Shown here: in pieces, positions 9,665 through 17,654 of the stretch
Numbering within the stretch: position 1 is the stretch's first letter
Layout: every line of letters starts with the position of its first letter
Assembly: GCF_002087085.1 (NCBI RefSeq)
Contig: NZ_MWQY01000026.1
Span: 1 to 52,157 of the forward strand
DNA: 52,157 bases
Reading direction: 5' to 3'
Made by a program: the position numbers and the translations under genes
The notes under the pieces: model-generated
The model's input: only the letters and a program-made list of their open reading frames with translations
The model's database searches: none
What the model was told of the DNA's origin: nothing

Positions 9665-10503
9665 TCTTCCTTCTCTCCCTATCCGCTGCCCTGCTTTTTG
9701 GAGTAGGCGATTTCTCCGGTGGTTTTGCCTCCCGGCGCCAGCCCGTGGGGGCGGTGCTGTTTACCTCCCAGCTCTTCGGGCTGTTGCTGGTGAGTCTTGT
9801 ATCGCCCCTCCTGCTCGAGGGAGTACCCAGGGCCGCAGACCTGCTGTGGGGAGCCGCCGCGGGTATCGGCGGGGCCGTTGGTATTCTGTTTCTCTATCAC
9901 GCCCTGGCCCACACCGTGGTTGCCATCGTCTCTCCCACCGCTGCCCTCGTGGGAGCCCTGCTTCCCCTGGTGTTCGGCCTCCTGATCGGGGATGCCGTCT
10001 CGCCGATCGGATGGATCGGTATCGGTCTCATCCTGCCGGCGGTTGTTCTGTTAAGCTATGAACACCTGGAAGCCGGTACCACTGTGGAGGAACGACGGCG
10101 GGCCTTCCTTTACGGGATCGGTGCGGGGGCCGGTTTCGGTCTCTTCTTTATTCTGATTGCCCAGACCAGTCCGGCGGCGGGCTTATGGCCCCTGGCGGGA
10201 GCAAGGATCACCTCCCTGGCCATGGTTGCCTGCTACAGCATCCTGAGGGGACGCTCGCTGATTGTGCGGGGACAGGGAATCGGTGCGACAATCATGGCCG
10301 GTACCTTCGATATGGCCGCCAACATCGCCTTTATGCTGGCGGTCCAGAGCGGGCGGATCATTCTGGTTACCGCTGTAACCTCGGTCTATCCGGCCCCGAC
10401 GGTGCTGCTTGCCCGGCTTATCAACGGCGAGAAGGTCCACCCCCTGCGCTGGGCCGGGCTTGCCGCGGCGGCCGCGGGGGTAGCCTGCATGGGAATCGGC
10501 TAA
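9661..10503 (+). CDS. DMT/EamA family transporter
   Basis: About 10 TM helices in two repeats, GVGDFSGG start motif; ATGA overlap with RND gene. Confidence 0.8.
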   Translation: MIFLLSLSAALLFGVGDFSGGFASRRQPVGAVLFTSQLFGLLLVSLVSPLLLEGVPRAADLLWGAAAGIGGAVGILFLYHALAHTVVAIVSPTAALVGALLPLVFGLLIGDAVSPIGWIGIGLILPAVVLLSYEHLEAGTTVEERRRAFLYGIGAGAGFGLFFILIAQTSPAAGLWPLAGARITSLAMVACYSILRGRSLIVRGQGIGATIMAGTFDMAANIAFMLAVQSGRIILVTAVTSVYPAPTVLLARLINGEKVHPLRWAGLAAAAAGVACMGIG

Positions 10504-10512
10504 GCGGTGATT

Positions 10513-11046
10513 TTACGGGACTTCCTTATCCAGGCGGATAAGAGTGTCCCGTTCCGCCTCGGTGGGAAAAAGATAGTACATCGACATCAGCGAGAGAAGC
10601 ACCAGGAAGTAGACATCCAGCCTGCTGCCCCCGGAAAGAATAAAAAGGACGAAGCCCAGAACCGCACACATTTCGCACATGGCCGAAGGGGGAATCAGCA
10701 GGGCAACGGCGGAAGACCGCCGGGCACGGTGATGATTCTGGTAGATAAGCCATTTTAAAAAAGAAAGCATGATCCCGGGCTCGGGTTTCCTGATTGTTTT
10801 TTTCCACAAAAAGGCCAGCACAATCAGCCCTGCGGACAAAAGATAGACCACGGACCGGAATATCGAATAATTTGCGGCAGTCAAAAGAGGTGTAAGCGCG
10901 ACCCGGATCAGTCCCGACAGCAGCAATTCAGCCACCAGGAGGAAAATAATCGCCGTCACCGGCTGGATTGAAGCCACAAGGCGGCTGATTTTGTATTCAC
11001 CCTCGTAATCCCGGTTTTCGTAACTCATGCTGCTCCTCTTGATCAA
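10513..11046 (-). CDS. Hypothetical membrane protein (about 4 TM)
   Basis: Hydrophobic ORF filling the gap; start 11046 or 11028. Confidence 0.6.
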   Translation of the reverse strand: MIKRSSMSYENRDYEGEYKISRLVASIQPVTAIIFLLVAELLLSGLIRVALTPLLTAANYSIFRSVVYLLSAGLIVLAFLWKKTIRKPEPGIMLSFLKWLIYQNHHRARRSSAVALLIPPSAMCEMCAVLGFVLFILSGGSRLDVYFLVLLSLMSMYYLFPTEAERDTLIRLDKEVP

Positions 11047-11073
11047 TCCTGATATCAGTCCATACTATGGTGT

Positions 11074-11107
11074 ATCCCGGTCTTTCTGCAACAGCAGAGA
11101 CCGGGAT
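11074..11107. terminator. Stem-loop after the Cys-rich mini-gene (possible terminator or RNA stabiliser)
   Basis: atcccggtc...tctgc-aaca-gcaga-gaccgggat; no clear U-tract. Confidence 0.45.
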
Positions 11108-11111
11108 GTTG

Positions 11112-11354
11112 TCAGTACCCGACCCCTGCGTTCATAACGCTCTCCGGGTCAAAGGCGTGGCAGGGGGTTACTCCGTGGACCGAGCCGCATTGGGTGCAGC
11201 TGGCCTCGAAGGTCTCCATTTCAAACTCCTTACCGCACTGTCCGCATTTTACCTGCAGCGGTACCGGCATGAACTGGGAGGAGAATCCCATCATGCGTAC
11301 CTTGTCTACTATCTGCCGTCCTGTTTCAAAGCTTCCGGAACATCCTTCGTGCAT
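11112..11354 (-). CDS. Small Cys/His-rich metal-binding protein (zinc-ribbon-like)
   Basis: 80 aa; MHEGC, CGQC, CTQC, TPCH; last gene of the operon. Confidence 0.8.
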   Translation of the reverse strand: MHEGCSGSFETGRQIVDKVRMMGFSSQFMPVPLQVKCGQCGKEFEMETFEASCTQCGSVHGVTPCHAFDPESVMNAGVGY

Positions 11355-11365
11355 TGCTCTTTCCT

Positions 11366-12388
11366 TTATATGGTAATCTGGTCCAGGCGTTTACCCGCCC
11401 GGAGTTCGCCCCGGAGGGTTTGAATCCTCCTGTCCAGGGCCTCTATCTCGTGCAGTATTCCCCGTTCGCCATCGCTGGTTTCGATGATCGAGGCGATACC
11501 GCCGTTCCTGATGATGATCCTCTTGTCGGCCATCAGGGCCAGGATGGGGTCGTGGGTCGCCATCAGGACGATCTTCTCCTCCGACAGCAGCAGCTCCAGG
11601 GCCTTTTTCCGGTCGATCCCGGCGTTTTCGATCTCGTCGATCAATACGATGGGAGACTTGCTCAGGATCGCGGTATCGGCGATCATCAGGGCCCGGGACT
11701 GTCCGCCGGAGAGGGAGGTGATGGGGGTCTCAGGGCTGAACTGTTCCCCCGCCAGCTCGTTTGCCCTGGCGATGATCTTCTCCGTTACCTCGTCGGTGTT
11801 CTCTATGAGTCTGCTCTCCGCGTGGAGGGTAACGAACTCCCGGACCGTCAGGTCCATTACAAAGTTCATGTTCTGACTGAGCTGTGCCACCAGCTTGTCG
11901 GAGGTGGAAAAACGCCACTTTTTATCCGGCTCAGTACCGTTGACCAGGACCTGTCTGCCCGTCGGCGTGTCCCGCTGGGCCATCCACTCGATGTCCGCCA
12001 GAAGACGGCTTTTTCCCGAGCCCGTGGGGCCGACTATGGAGACAATCTCTCCCGGCCGTATTTCCAGGGCCTCGAAACCCTCGGGTTCTCCGCTCTTGGT
12101 GGTCCCCGGCAGAATGCTTACGCTCCGGACACGGGTCCCGCTGTTCAGGCCCAGGAACTCCAGCATCTGTTCTATGTAGGCCCTGGCGCCGGATACGGTT
12201 TCATCGACGTCGATGGCCTTGTCTTCCCTGAACTCATCTTCCAGGGAGTGGAGGTACTCCTTTAAGGGGAGCTGTTCCCTGGGAGAGTACTCCAGCCCCG
12301 CGGAGGAAAAGTAGGAGTCTATAAAGGGGTATTCTTCGAGAAGTGCCGCTACCGGCAGGGTCTCGATGTCGCGCTTAATTTTGCTCAT
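11366..12388 (-). CDS. Soluble ABC-type ATPase with extra N-terminal domain
   Basis: Walker A GPTGSGKS, LSGGQ, Walker B IVLIDE, ATHD; about 80-aa N-terminal extension; start moved to 12388. Confidence 0.88.
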   Translation of the reverse strand: MSKIKRDIETLPVAALLEEYPFIDSYFSSAGLEYSPREQLPLKEYLHSLEDEFREDKAIDVDETVSGARAYIEQMLEFLGLNSGTRVRSVSILPGTTKSGEPEGFEALEIRPGEIVSIVGPTGSGKSRLLADIEWMAQRDTPTGRQVLVNGTEPDKKWRFSTSDKLVAQLSQNMNFVMDLTVREFVTLHAESRLIENTDEVTEKIIARANELAGEQFSPETPITSLSGGQSRALMIADTAILSKSPIVLIDEIENAGIDRKKALELLLSEEKIVLMATHDPILALMADKRIIIRNGGIASIIETSDGERGILHEIEALDRRIQTLRGELRAGKRLDQITI

Positions 12389-13082
12389 GCTGGTTCTCCA
12401 GTTTGATTTTCCGTACGTTTCCCATCTGGAACTGTTCGCCAATGCGCGTCTCTCCCAGGCAGTAGGAACAGAGGGCCGAGGGCATGGGAAAGCGCAATTC
12501 CTTCCCCTTGACGGAATCGATCTCGTTGTCGCTGTCGTGCATAAGGGTGCTCAGTTCGAAGGCCCCCTGTCCGGTGAGGCCGTTTACATGGATAATCGTC
12601 GCCCGGGGATTCACCATGCCCACGCGGCTGGCGAAGACCTCCCGCTCGGCCTGGGAGACGATATCCCCCTTGGTAATGACCACGATGTCTGCGCTCTTGA
12701 GCATGGGACCGATCTTTTTGGGGGTGTTGATGCCGCTCAGGTTGTCGATCACGCAGATCGCCCGGATCTCCTTGATGTAGGGGGAACAGCGGTTGCAGAG
12801 CCCGGCTGATTCGCTGATCAGGATGTCCAGACCCTCACGGATTCCCCACTGGGTAACCTCTTCGATGTTACTGACGAAGTAGTGGTCCGGACAGAGGCTG
12901 CCGGATAACCCCTTTTGCACGGGAATTCCCGCCTTCGCGTAGAGCTGATCATCCTCGGTTGAGAGGCAGTCGAATTTGGCAACGCCGATCTTGAAGCCCT
13001 TCCGCCTGAGGGATTCGGCGGTCTTGAGGATGACCGCTGTTTTTCCCGATGACGGGGGGCCGGAAACGGTTATCAGGTTCAT
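12375..13082 (-). CDS. Cys-rich G3E-type GTPase (HypB/UreG/CobW-like)
   Basis: SGPPSSGKT, LCPDH, ESAGLCNRC, TKGD, C-terminal CSYC; start moved to 13082. Confidence 0.85.
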   Translation of the reverse strand: MNLITVSGPPSSGKTAVILKTAESLRRKGFKIGVAKFDCLSTEDDQLYAKAGIPVQKGLSGSLCPDHYFVSNIEEVTQWGIREGLDILISESAGLCNRCSPYIKEIRAICVIDNLSGINTPKKIGPMLKSADIVVITKGDIVSQAEREVFASRVGMVNPRATIIHVNGLTGQGAFELSTLMHDSDNEIDSVKGKELRFPMPSALCSYCLGETRIGEQFQMGNVRKIKLENQHEQN

Positions 13083-14332
13083 GCGCTCTCCTCCGTCATG
13101 GCAGCCAGGCTGCTGGTCCGGTTGAAGATTTCTTCGCTTACAGCGATCTCCCGGCTCAGGTCGTGGGATTTGATGTAGTCCCAGCCCAGCCACATGAAGG
13201 GGGTTCCCTCAGCCAGCCGGTTGTCGACATCCGGGTTCAGGGAGGGGAAGAGTCCCTGGTGGGCCAGGACCTCGCCGATCTTTTGGGATCCGAAGAAGTC
13301 GACCACCGGTTTGAGATCCTTCTCCTTGCCCCGTTTGCTGAGCATGAAGATGGGGCTTACAATGGCTCCGTCCTCGGGCCAGACCGCCTGCATGGGCCCG
13401 CCTTCCCGCACGGTTTTGGTAAAGAAGTAAGGCATGATGGTGACCGCGGGCCGGGCGTTCTTCATGCGGTCGCTCTTGACCATCTGGGAGGGGTGCAGGG
13501 CCTGGAGCATGACACGGCCGAGCTCCTCCACCCCGGCATCGCCGTAGCGGCTGCGGAGGGTGAGCAGAATGGCGTTAAAGAGGTCGAAATCTCCCACCGG
13601 CAGGGAGACGGACTGACCGAAGTCGCCGCTCAGGAGTTCCTTCCAGCTCCGCGGTACAGGACGTCCCGCAAGCTCCTGGGTGTTTACCAGGAATACCGCC
13701 GGGACCGCGGCGATTATGGAGTAGACACCTGCGGGATCCTTAAGGTCGAGGCCGGCGAAGGCGGGATTCTCGCCCTTCCAGTCCAGCAGGTCCGTAAAGG
13801 CGTTCTGCTCCCGGAGGCGTCCGATGCGCTGGCGGTCGAAGAAGAGGTCGAAGCCGGCGGAGATAAAGATATCCGGCAGGGACTCGATGGAGGTGGAACT
13901 GTCGATGTGTTCCTCCACCCACTGGGTGCCCACGCTGGCGGCCTTCAGTTCCGCCTCGATTGCCCTGCCATGCTGCCTCCGGTAGGCGCTGCTGAAGTTG
14001 TTGAACTCCTCGAGGATGGGAATCCGCACCGGGCAGGGGAGGAGTCCGGTCATGCTGACCGACTCTTCCTGCCCGTTCTGCGGCGTCCCGCTCAGGCTAA
14101 GGTCAGCTCCGTCACGGTGCTCAGCGATCGCCTCGTTCAGGAGACTAACGAAGAGCTCTGAATTGATTTTCCGTATCTCCAGGGCCGTTTTCAGGGAGAC
14201 CAGCTTGCCGTATCCGGCGCGCTGAGAATATTCGGCCATCCGGGGAAAGCCCCGGGCAACGAAGATATCCACGGTTTCGGGATATTTTTCCGTGATGGTG
14301 TAGATGGTATCGTTTATATCAATGTAGTTCAT
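13079..14332 (-). CDS. Cytoplasmic solute-binding-fold protein with N-terminal DUF1858-like domain
   Basis: N-term IYTITEKYPETVDIFVARGF...SLKTAL; LLPCPVRIP; PRSWKELL and VWPEDGAIVSPIF (Fe/polyamine SBP-like); no signal peptide. Confidence 0.75.
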   Translation of the reverse strand: MNYIDINDTIYTITEKYPETVDIFVARGFPRMAEYSQRAGYGKLVSLKTALEIRKINSELFVSLLNEAIAEHRDGADLSLSGTPQNGQEESVSMTGLLPCPVRIPILEEFNNFSSAYRRQHGRAIEAELKAASVGTQWVEEHIDSSTSIESLPDIFISAGFDLFFDRQRIGRLREQNAFTDLLDWKGENPAFAGLDLKDPAGVYSIIAAVPAVFLVNTQELAGRPVPRSWKELLSGDFGQSVSLPVGDFDLFNAILLTLRSRYGDAGVEELGRVMLQALHPSQMVKSDRMKNARPAVTIMPYFFTKTVREGGPMQAVWPEDGAIVSPIFMLSKRGKEKDLKPVVDFFGSQKIGEVLAHQGLFPSLNPDVDNRLAEGTPFMWLGWDYIKSHDLSREIAVSEEIFNRTSSLAAMTEESA

Positions 14333-14358
14333 GCTGGAACCTCGCTTTCATGATCAAT

Positions 14359-14400
14359 ACAGTAATATAATACAGAAGAGACTTCGGTAACATAGGATAC
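14359..14400 (-). promoter_or_regulatory. Second HcpR-like palindrome plus -10 box
   Basis: Minus strand GTATC-CTAT-GTTAC (14400-14387), 22 nt, TACTGT (14364-14359). Confidence 0.55.
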
Positions 14401-14502
14401 GAAAAAGGATCATTATATGAAGTTGCTGGTAAAAACCTTGACCTCGAGTTAAAGTGCCGGTACTCTGGTTCTGCGATATTCCTCGCATTAAAGGCGGCAG
14501 TC

Positions 14503-14841
14503 ATGAAACTGATGGTTTTTGTCTTGAACCGCGAAGAACTCCTGGAACAGGTGCTGGAGGCTTATGCCGAGGTGGGAATACCCGGGGGAACGATCCTGGA
14601 TTCCGAAGGGATGGGACGCTTTCTTACCTACGAGGTCCCCCTGTTTGCCGGCTTCAAGGAGTTCATGAAGGGGAACAAGCCCTACAATAAAACGATTTTT
14701 TCCGTCATCCGGGACGAAAGCCTGATTCCCAGGTTTCACAAGCTGCTGACGGAGGTCTGCGGGGATCTGCGTGATCCCGGCACCGGTATTCTGTTTACTG
14801 TCCCGGTCGACTGGGCCGCAGGACTGGCGGAGGAGGAGTAA
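14503..14841 (+). CDS. PII/GlnB-like regulatory protein
   Basis: 112 aa; GIPGGTILDSEGMG, C-terminal PGTGILFTVPV. Confidence 0.7.
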   Translation: MKLMVFVLNREELLEQVLEAYAEVGIPGGTILDSEGMGRFLTYEVPLFAGFKEFMKGNKPYNKTIFSVIRDESLIPRFHKLLTEVCGDLRDPGTGILFTVPVDWAAGLAEEE

Positions 14842-15305
14842 TGGCAATAAATATTAGCGAACTGCTGAATCCGGCCTGTATCGAACTGGATCTCTCGGCG
14901 AAAAAGAAACCCGATATCCTGCGGGAGCTCAGCTCCGTGCTGGCCCGCTGCGGGGACGTGGGGAACCAGGACAAGCTCTACAAGGAGCTTCTAAAGCGGG
15001 AAAAGATGACCAGTACCGGAATCGGGAGCGGCATCGCCATTCCCCACTGCCTCTCGTCCCAGGTAAAGGAGATGCACGTCGCCTTCGGGCGCAAACTCGA
15101 AGGCGCCAAATTCGACGCTGTGGACAATCAGCCGGTCAGCCTCTTTTTTCTGCTTGCAGGTCCGGAGGGCGCCCATTCCAGGCATCTCCAGATACTGAGC
15201 AGACTGGCCCGCTACCTTCACGATCCGGCCTTCTGTCAGGAGCTTCATACCGCCTCGTCCCCTGAGGAGGTCATTGCCGCTTTCAGGCGCAAGGAATCGG
15301 AATGA
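14841..15305 (+). CDS. PTS EIIA domain protein (Ntr/fructose type)
   Basis: REKMTSTGIGSGIAIPH phospho-His motif, HLQILSRLAR; TAATG overlap with upstream gene. Confidence 0.9.
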   Translation: MAINISELLNPACIELDLSAKKKPDILRELSSVLARCGDVGNQDKLYKELLKREKMTSTGIGSGIAIPHCLSSQVKEMHVAFGRKLEGAKFDAVDNQPVSLFFLLAGPEGAHSRHLQILSRLARYLHDPAFCQELHTASSPEEVIAAFRRKESE

Positions 15306-15814
15306 GACTCGAGACCCGCTGGGCCCTTGTCAGGTTTCTCATTACCTTTCTGTCCCTTTTCCCGGGCTGGATGCTGTTTACCTGGTCTCTGGATCCCGGT
15401 TCTCTCGTGGCGGGAATTGTATCCAGCCTGGTGGTGGCCTGGTTTACCTATTCCATCTTCGTGGACGAGTCCGAAGCCGCCCGCAGGGCCCATCTTCCGC
15501 GGCCGCACTACTTTATCGTCTACCTGGTTGTCCTGGTTTTCAACATGTATGTGGCAAGCTTCCAGGTCCTCTGGCAGATCCTCCGGGGAAAGATCAACCC
15601 CGGGATCGTACATTTCCGGACAAGGCTGAAAACCGACATAGCCAGAGTCGCCCTGACCAGCTCCATTACCCTGACCCCGGGCACCATAACCCTGGATCTG
15701 ACGGACGACCACCTGGTCGTGCACTGGCTCGATGCACGGACAACCCACTCCCGCTATGCCGGTGAGCTGATCAAGGGCATCTACGAAAAACTCCTGAGAC
15801 GCATATGGCTCTGA
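15302..15814 (+). CDS. mnhE: Mrp/Mnh antiporter subunit E
   Basis: INPGIV...SITLTPGTITLD. Confidence 0.9.
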   Translation: MRLETRWALVRFLITFLSLFPGWMLFTWSLDPGSLVAGIVSSLVVAWFTYSIFVDESEAARRAHLPRPHYFIVYLVVLVFNMYVASFQVLWQILRGKINPGIVHFRTRLKTDIARVALTSSITLTPGTITLDLTDDHLVVHWLDARTTHSRYAGELIKGIYEKLLRRIWL

Positions 15815-16071
15815 TGCTGGAAATTACAATCTACTTTCTCGTCGCCTCCAGCGTAATCAGTCTGGTCCGGGTTGTAATCGGCCCCACCGTGGCGGACCGC
15901 ATGATCGGACTGAACCTGGTGGCTTCCCAGATCCTTACCCTGCTGGTTCTCGTTTCGGTGGCCCTGGAGCGCTCCATTTACCTGGATGTCGCTCTGGTCT
16001 ACGATATCTTCGGCTTTATCGGCATCCTGCTCATGACCCGTTACTTTTCCGGGAAAAAGGGGGAGATATGA
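15805..16071 (+). CDS. mnhF: Mrp/Mnh antiporter subunit F
   Basis: RVVIGPTVADR, YLDVALVY. Confidence 0.9.
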   Translation: MALMLEITIYFLVASSVISLVRVVIGPTVADRMIGLNLVASQILTLLVLVSVALERSIYLDVALVYDIFGFIGILLMTRYFSGKKGEI

Positions 16072-16397
16072 CCATTGCGGCGGCGATCTTTTTCGGACTG
16101 GGGATCATTTTCAATCTCATGGGAAACATCGGCGTACTGGTTTTTCCCGATGTCTATACCCGCCTGCAGGCCTCGTCGACCTGCGCCACCACCTCGGTAC
16201 TCTCCTTTTTTATCGGCTGCATGTTCATTGCCGGCTGGGGGCCCATGACAGGGCGGCTTATTGTAATAACCATCTTCTTCTTTGTTACCAACCCCATCTC
16301 CGCCCACATAATAGCCCGTTTCGCCTGGCAGAACGGGATCGTTCCCTGGCGTCAGAGTTACACAAAACGGCGGGAACTGGGAGGAGATGATGATTGA
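16068..16397 (+). CDS. mnhG: Mrp/Mnh antiporter subunit G
   Basis: FPDVYTRLQA, TNPISAHIIAR. Confidence 0.9.
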   Translation: MTIAAAIFFGLGIIFNLMGNIGVLVFPDVYTRLQASSTCATTSVLSFFIGCMFIAGWGPMTGRLIVITIFFFVTNPISAHIIARFAWQNGIVPWRQSYTKRRELGGDDD

Positions 16398-16623
16398 GGT
16401 TCTGCTGGCGTTAATGCTGATTACCGCGGTAATCTCCCTCCAGGTACGGGACATGCTGGCGGCGGTCCTTACCTTGAGCGTCTTGAGCCTCCTCAGCTGC
16501 CTGGTTTTTTTTCTCTTCCATGCGCCGGACGTCGCTCTTACGGAGGCTGCCGTGGGAACCGGGGTAGGGACGGTGGTGATGATCTGGATCGTCTACAAGA
16601 CCGAGAGGCGGGATGAGACATGA
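16387..16623 (+). CDS. DUF4040/MbhD-like subunit
   Basis: APDVALTEAAVGTG motif. Confidence 0.85.
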   Translation: MMIEVLLALMLITAVISLQVRDMLAAVLTLSVLSLLSCLVFFLFHAPDVALTEAAVGTGVGTVVMIWIVYKTERRDET

Positions 16624-16922
16624 AGAGGAAGCACTGGCTCATGTTCGCTGAAATACTTGTTCTTTCCCTGACCGCACTTTTTCTTTTTACTGCCCTTAAG
16701 GGGGAGCACCCGGTATCTTCCGGAATCCGGGACTATATCGTCGCGAACGGAAGCCGGGAGACCGGGGCTCTGAACCTGGTGACCGCTATTTACCTGGGCT
16801 ACCGGGCCTTCGACACCCTGGGTGAGACAATCGTCCTGCTCCTGGCAGTTTCGGGGGTAATCTACTTTACCGATTTTTCCGCCGAAGGAGGGAGAGAAAG
16901 TGAAGAAGACGACCATACTTGA
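16620..16922 (+). CDS. MbhE-like subunit
   Basis: ETGALNLVTAIYLGYRAFDTLGE. Confidence 0.85.
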   Translation: MKRKHWLMFAEILVLSLTALFLFTALKGEHPVSSGIRDYIVANGSRETGALNLVTAIYLGYRAFDTLGETIVLLLAVSGVIYFTDFSAEGGRESEEDDHT

Positions 16923-17316
16923 CCTGGTGGCCCGCAAGCTTGCTCCCTTCATGCTGCTCTTCGGGTTCTATCTGCTGACCTACGGACACCTCTCCCCGGG
17001 CGGGGGGTTTCAGGGAGGCGTTGTTATCGCCTCCGGTGTTATCCTGCTGGCCATCAGCCGTGGGGTGGAAGCCGCGGAGTCCCTCTTTCCGGTTCTTGCC
17101 CTCACCAAGGCTGAAGCTTTTGCTTTTTTTCTCCTCCTGGCCGCGGGACTTGCCGGGGTGGTCGCAGGTATCGGCTTTCTCGGGAATCCCGTTGTCCGGG
17201 CGGATGTGCAGGCCGTTCCCCGGGCTGGAATGATCCTGCTTTTCAATGTGCTGATCGGCATCAAGGTCGGCGCCGGAGTCAGCCTGATCTGCATGCACCT
17301 GTTCAGGGAGGAGTAA
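16900..17316 (+). CDS. mnhB: Mrp/Mnh antiporter subunit B (MbhF-like)
   Basis: GHLSPGGGFQGG, GIKVG. Confidence 0.9.
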   Translation: MKKTTILDLVARKLAPFMLLFGFYLLTYGHLSPGGGFQGGVVIASGVILLAISRGVEAAESLFPVLALTKAEAFAFFLLLAAGLAGVVAGIGFLGNPVVRADVQAVPRAGMILLFNVLIGIKVGAGVSLICMHLFREE

Positions 17317-17654
17317 TGGTCTGGTTTCTTATCGGCGCAATCTTTCTCGTCGGTCTCTGGGGCATCATGAACAAGGCGAACATGATCAAAAAGGTAATGG
17401 CCCTGAGTATTGCCAACAGTGCTGTCATTCTGCTCTTTATCTATTACGGCTCCTTTTCCGGTGATACAGCGCCCATCGAGGGAACTTCGGCCCGGATGGT
17501 GGACCCCCTGCCGCAGGCTCTGATGCTGACGGCAATAGTGGTCGGAATCTGCGTGGTAGCCCTGGCCCTGGTCCTGGTCTACCGCTTATATCTTAAGTTC
17601 GGGACTCTGGATATGCGGCGAATAGAAAAGAAGGCCTGGGAACTGCATGACTGA
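17316..17654 (+). CDS. mnhC: Mrp/Mnh antiporter subunit C
   Basis: APIE...DPLPQALMLTAIVV. Confidence 0.9.
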   Translation: MVWFLIGAIFLVGLWGIMNKANMIKKVMALSIANSAVILLFIYYGSFSGDTAPIEGTSARMVDPLPQALMLTAIVVGICVVALALVLVYRLYLKFGTLDMRRIEKKAWELHD

